Source: Amoebophrya sp. A120
Lineage: Eukaryota > Protista > Dinoflagellata
Length of the DNA stretch: 64,000 nucleotides
Direction: 5' to 3'
Assembly: GCA_905178155.1 (NCBI GenBank)
Contig: CAJINV010000025.1
Location: 11,445 to 75,444 of the forward strand
The number at the start of each line of letters is the position of its first letter. Position 1 is the first letter of the stretch. The position numbers and the translations under genes are program-made. The notes beneath the pieces are model-generated. The model ran no database searches, was not told the origin of the DNA, and saw only the letters and a program-made list of their open reading frames with translations. This document shows, piece after piece, positions 61,081-64,000 of this stretch.

Positions 61081-62000
61081 NNNNNNNNNNNNNNNNNNNN
61101 NNNNNNNNNNNNNNNNNNNNNNNNNNNNNNNNNNNNNNNNNNNNNNNNNNNNNNNNNNNNNNNNNNNNNNNNNNNNNNNNNNNNNNNNNNNNNNNNNNNN
61201 NNNNNNNNNNNNNNNNNNNNNNNNNNNNNNNNNNNNNNNNNNNNNNNNNNNNNNNNNNNNNNNNNNNNNNNNNNNNNNNNNNNNNNNNNNNNNNNNNNNN
61301 NNNNNNNNNNNNNNNNNNNNNNNNNNNNNNNNNNNNNNNNNNNNNNNNNNNNNNNNNNNNNNNNNNNNNNNNNNNNNNNNNNNNNNNNNNNNNNNNNNNN
61401 NNNNNNNNNNNNNNNNNNNNNNNNNNNNNNNNNNNNNNNNNNNNNNNNNNNNNNNNNNNNNNNNNNNNNNNNNNNNNNNNNNNNNNNNNNNNNNNNNNNN
61501 NNNNNNNNNNNNNNNNNNNNNNNNNNNNNNNNNNNNNNNNNNNNNNNNNNNNNNNNNNNNNNNNNNNNNNNNNNNNNNNNNNNNNNNNNNNNNNNNNNNN
61601 NNNNNNNNNNNNNNNNNNNNNNNNNNNNNNNNNNNNNNNNNNNNNNNNNNNNNNNNNNNNNNNNNNNNNNNNNNNNNNNNNNNNNNNNNNNNNNNNNNNN
61701 NNNNNNNNNNNNNNNNNNNNNNNNNNNNNNNNNNNNNNNNNNNNNNNNNNNNNNNNNNNNNNNNNNNNNNNNNNNNNNNNNNNNNNNNNNNNNNNNNNNN
61801 NNNNNNNNNNNNNNNNNNNNNNNNNNNNNNNNNNNNNNNNNNNNNNNNNNNNNNNNNNNNNNNNNNNNNNNNNNNNNNNNNNNNNNNNNNNNNNNNNNNN
61901 NNNNNNNNNNNNNNNNNNNNNNNNNNNNNNNNNNNNNNNNNNNNNNNNNNNNNNNNNNNNNNNNNNNNNNNNNNNNNNNNNNNNNNNNNNNNNNNNNNNN
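61081..62000. other. Assembly gap (920 N)
   Basis: Run of N. Confidence 1.
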
Positions 62001-62780
62001 CAGAGGACCCGAGGATCCTCTGGCGGGTCCTCTGGCCCAATTTGGGCCACCTCCGAAGGGCTTCCCCCGGTGGTACGACCCCGGTTTGACCAGAGGACCC
62101 GCCAGAGGACCCGGCAGAGGACCCGAGGATCCTCTGGCGGGTCCTCTGGCCCAATTTGGGCCGCCTCCGAAGGGCTTCCATCCGGTGGCACGACCCCGGT
62201 TTGACTAGAGGACCCGCCCGAGGACCCGGCAGAGGACCCGAGGATCCTCGGGCGGGTCCTCTGGCCCAATTTGGACCGTCTGGCGCGACCTTCCCCCGAT
62301 GGCACGGCCTCGATTTGGCCAGAGGACTTTACAGAGGACCCGTCAGAGGACCCGAAGATCCTCTGTCGGGTCCTCTGGCCCAATTTGGACCGCCTGGAGC
62401 GACCTTCCCCCGATGGCACGGCCTCGATTTGACCAGAGGACTTTACAGAGGACCCATCAGAGGACCCGAAGATCCTCTGTCGGGTCCTCTGGCACAATTT
62501 GGACCGCCTCGGGCGGCCTTTCCCCGATGGGACGGCCTCGATTTGACCAGAGGATTTCACAGAGGACCCGTCAGAGGACCCGAAGATCCTCTGTCGGGTC
62601 CTCTGGCCCAATTTGGACCGCCTCGGGCGGCCTTTCCCCGATGGTACGGCCTCGATTTGACCAGAGGATTTTACAGAGGACCCGTCAGAGGACCCGAAGA
62701 TCCTCTGTCGGGTCCTCTGGCACAATTTGGGCCGCTTCGGAAGGGCCTCCCCCGGTGGTATGGTCCCGATTTGGCCAGAG
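62001..62780. repeat. 114-bp tandem repeat related to the 1820-2320 array
   Basis: ttcccccgatggcacggcctcgattt at 62291 and 62405; shared ctctggcccaattt core. Confidence 0.9.
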
Positions 62781-63469
62781 GCCAGAGGGCTGTGCACATG
62801 GACCGTCGAAGGGCTCCGCAGCCCCCTGATGCGGCACCACGGACATTGCGGCAAACCGGCGCACATTTTGAAACACACTCGGGTGCAGGCGCGCGGCCTT
62901 CGGCGTGTCTGCAAGCGCGCTGCGTCAGTCTGTCTTAACTACACGGCCCGCATTGTCCTCTCTTGGTTATCAAGACCCCACGCGGTTGCAGGCCGCCACA
63001 TTTGCCGCGCTTTGGTTGTCAAAACGCCGGAGCGACGGTTTTTGCTGGTTGTCGAAGCGCCGTTTTGACAACCAAAAGCACACAAGTTGGCAACTTGTAA
63101 GAACCAAGCCGAGGCAAGAAATGTGCGCCGGTTTGCCGGTGCCCGTGCTCACCGCCAACGCGGCAAGGGCAGGGACCCCTAGCTAAGGCCGGAGCCTCTG
63201 GCGCAAGGGCGCACCCGCCCCGGGCAGCCCGGGTGCCCGTCGGGGAGGGAGTGAAGCCCCGCAAGGCCGGCGCAGTCCGAGGGGCTAGCACGAATATCGG
63301 ATCCCCCCTGGCAAGGGGAGATCCCCGGAGGCTGGAGCGAACGCACCGGGGCGAGGGTGGATTCCCCGAACTGAGGAGGACCCACCCAAAGAAAGTTCGT
63401 AGGCTTGACACCCCGGGCAAAGGTGCGACCGAGGGCGCGCGGATCCGCGGAAGCGGACCGGCCCTCCGG

Positions 63470-64000
63470 GGCGAGGGCGGATCCCCCGAAGACCAGCCGG
63501 ATCCACCGAGGTGATCCCCGAGAACGGGCGGATCCCCGGGAAGCGGGCGGATCTCCGAGTAGCAGGCGGATCCCCGATTAGCAGGCGGATCCCCTGGGCG
63601 AAGGCGGATCCTCGGGGCGCGGGCGGATCCCCGGGGAACGGGCGGATCCCCGGGGAACGGGCGGATCCCCGAGTAACGGGCGGATCCCCTGGGCGAAGGC
63701 CGATCCCCGGGGGACGGGCGGATCCCCTGGGCCAAGGCGGATCCCCGGGGAGCGGGCGGATCTTCCAGGAGCAGGCGGCTCCCCTGCGGGAAGGCGGATC
63801 CCCGAGGGGCGGGCGGCTTCCCTGCGGGAAGGCGGATCCCCGGGAAGCGGGCGGATCCCCGGGGGGAAGGCGGATCCTCGGGGCGCGGGCGGATCCCCGA
63901 GTAACGGGCGGATCCCCGGGGAGCGGGCGGATCCCCGGGGAACGGGCGGATCCCCGAGTAACGGGCGGATCCCCTGGGCGAAGGCCGATCCCCGGGGAAC
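63470..64000. repeat. GC-rich ~20-bp minisatellite
   Basis: GGCGGATCCCC units repeated to the end of the window. Confidence 0.9.

Noticed and set aside
60995-62208. Long ORFs through poly-X
   Set aside because: They read through the assembly gap.

Overview
Eukaryotic genomic DNA, most likely from an Amoebophrya-like syndinian alveolate (inferred from the intron architecture; no database check was possible). I counted about 65 short elements (mostly 145-400 bp) in about 10 sequence families, labelled A-J here, mostly inside genes. Nearly all start TAT and end ATA, have terminal inverted repeats (TIRs) and sit between 5-bp direct repeats. Removing an element plus 5 nt restores the reading frame, so they act as non-canonical introner introns. 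Reconstructed genes: a coiled-coil protein ending in CC, two hypothetical proteins, a very large formin (FH1-FH2), a protein with an N-terminal HicA-like domain, and two ERD2/KDEL-receptor paralogues. The main surprise is a scrambled formin: a 4.1-kb block of intact exons (34411-38500), including half of FH2, lies on the opposite strand between two introners whose 5-bp flanks are reciprocally swapped. The window also holds an apparently full-length Penelope-like retroelement with an N-terminal GIY-YIG domain, an in-frame UGA upstream of the nuclease, a long C-terminal extension and a 50-bp flanking duplication. There are also insertions nested inside introners, several tandem repeats and a 920-N gap. 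Coordinates were read by eye and splicing is inferred from frame restoration, not from RNA data.
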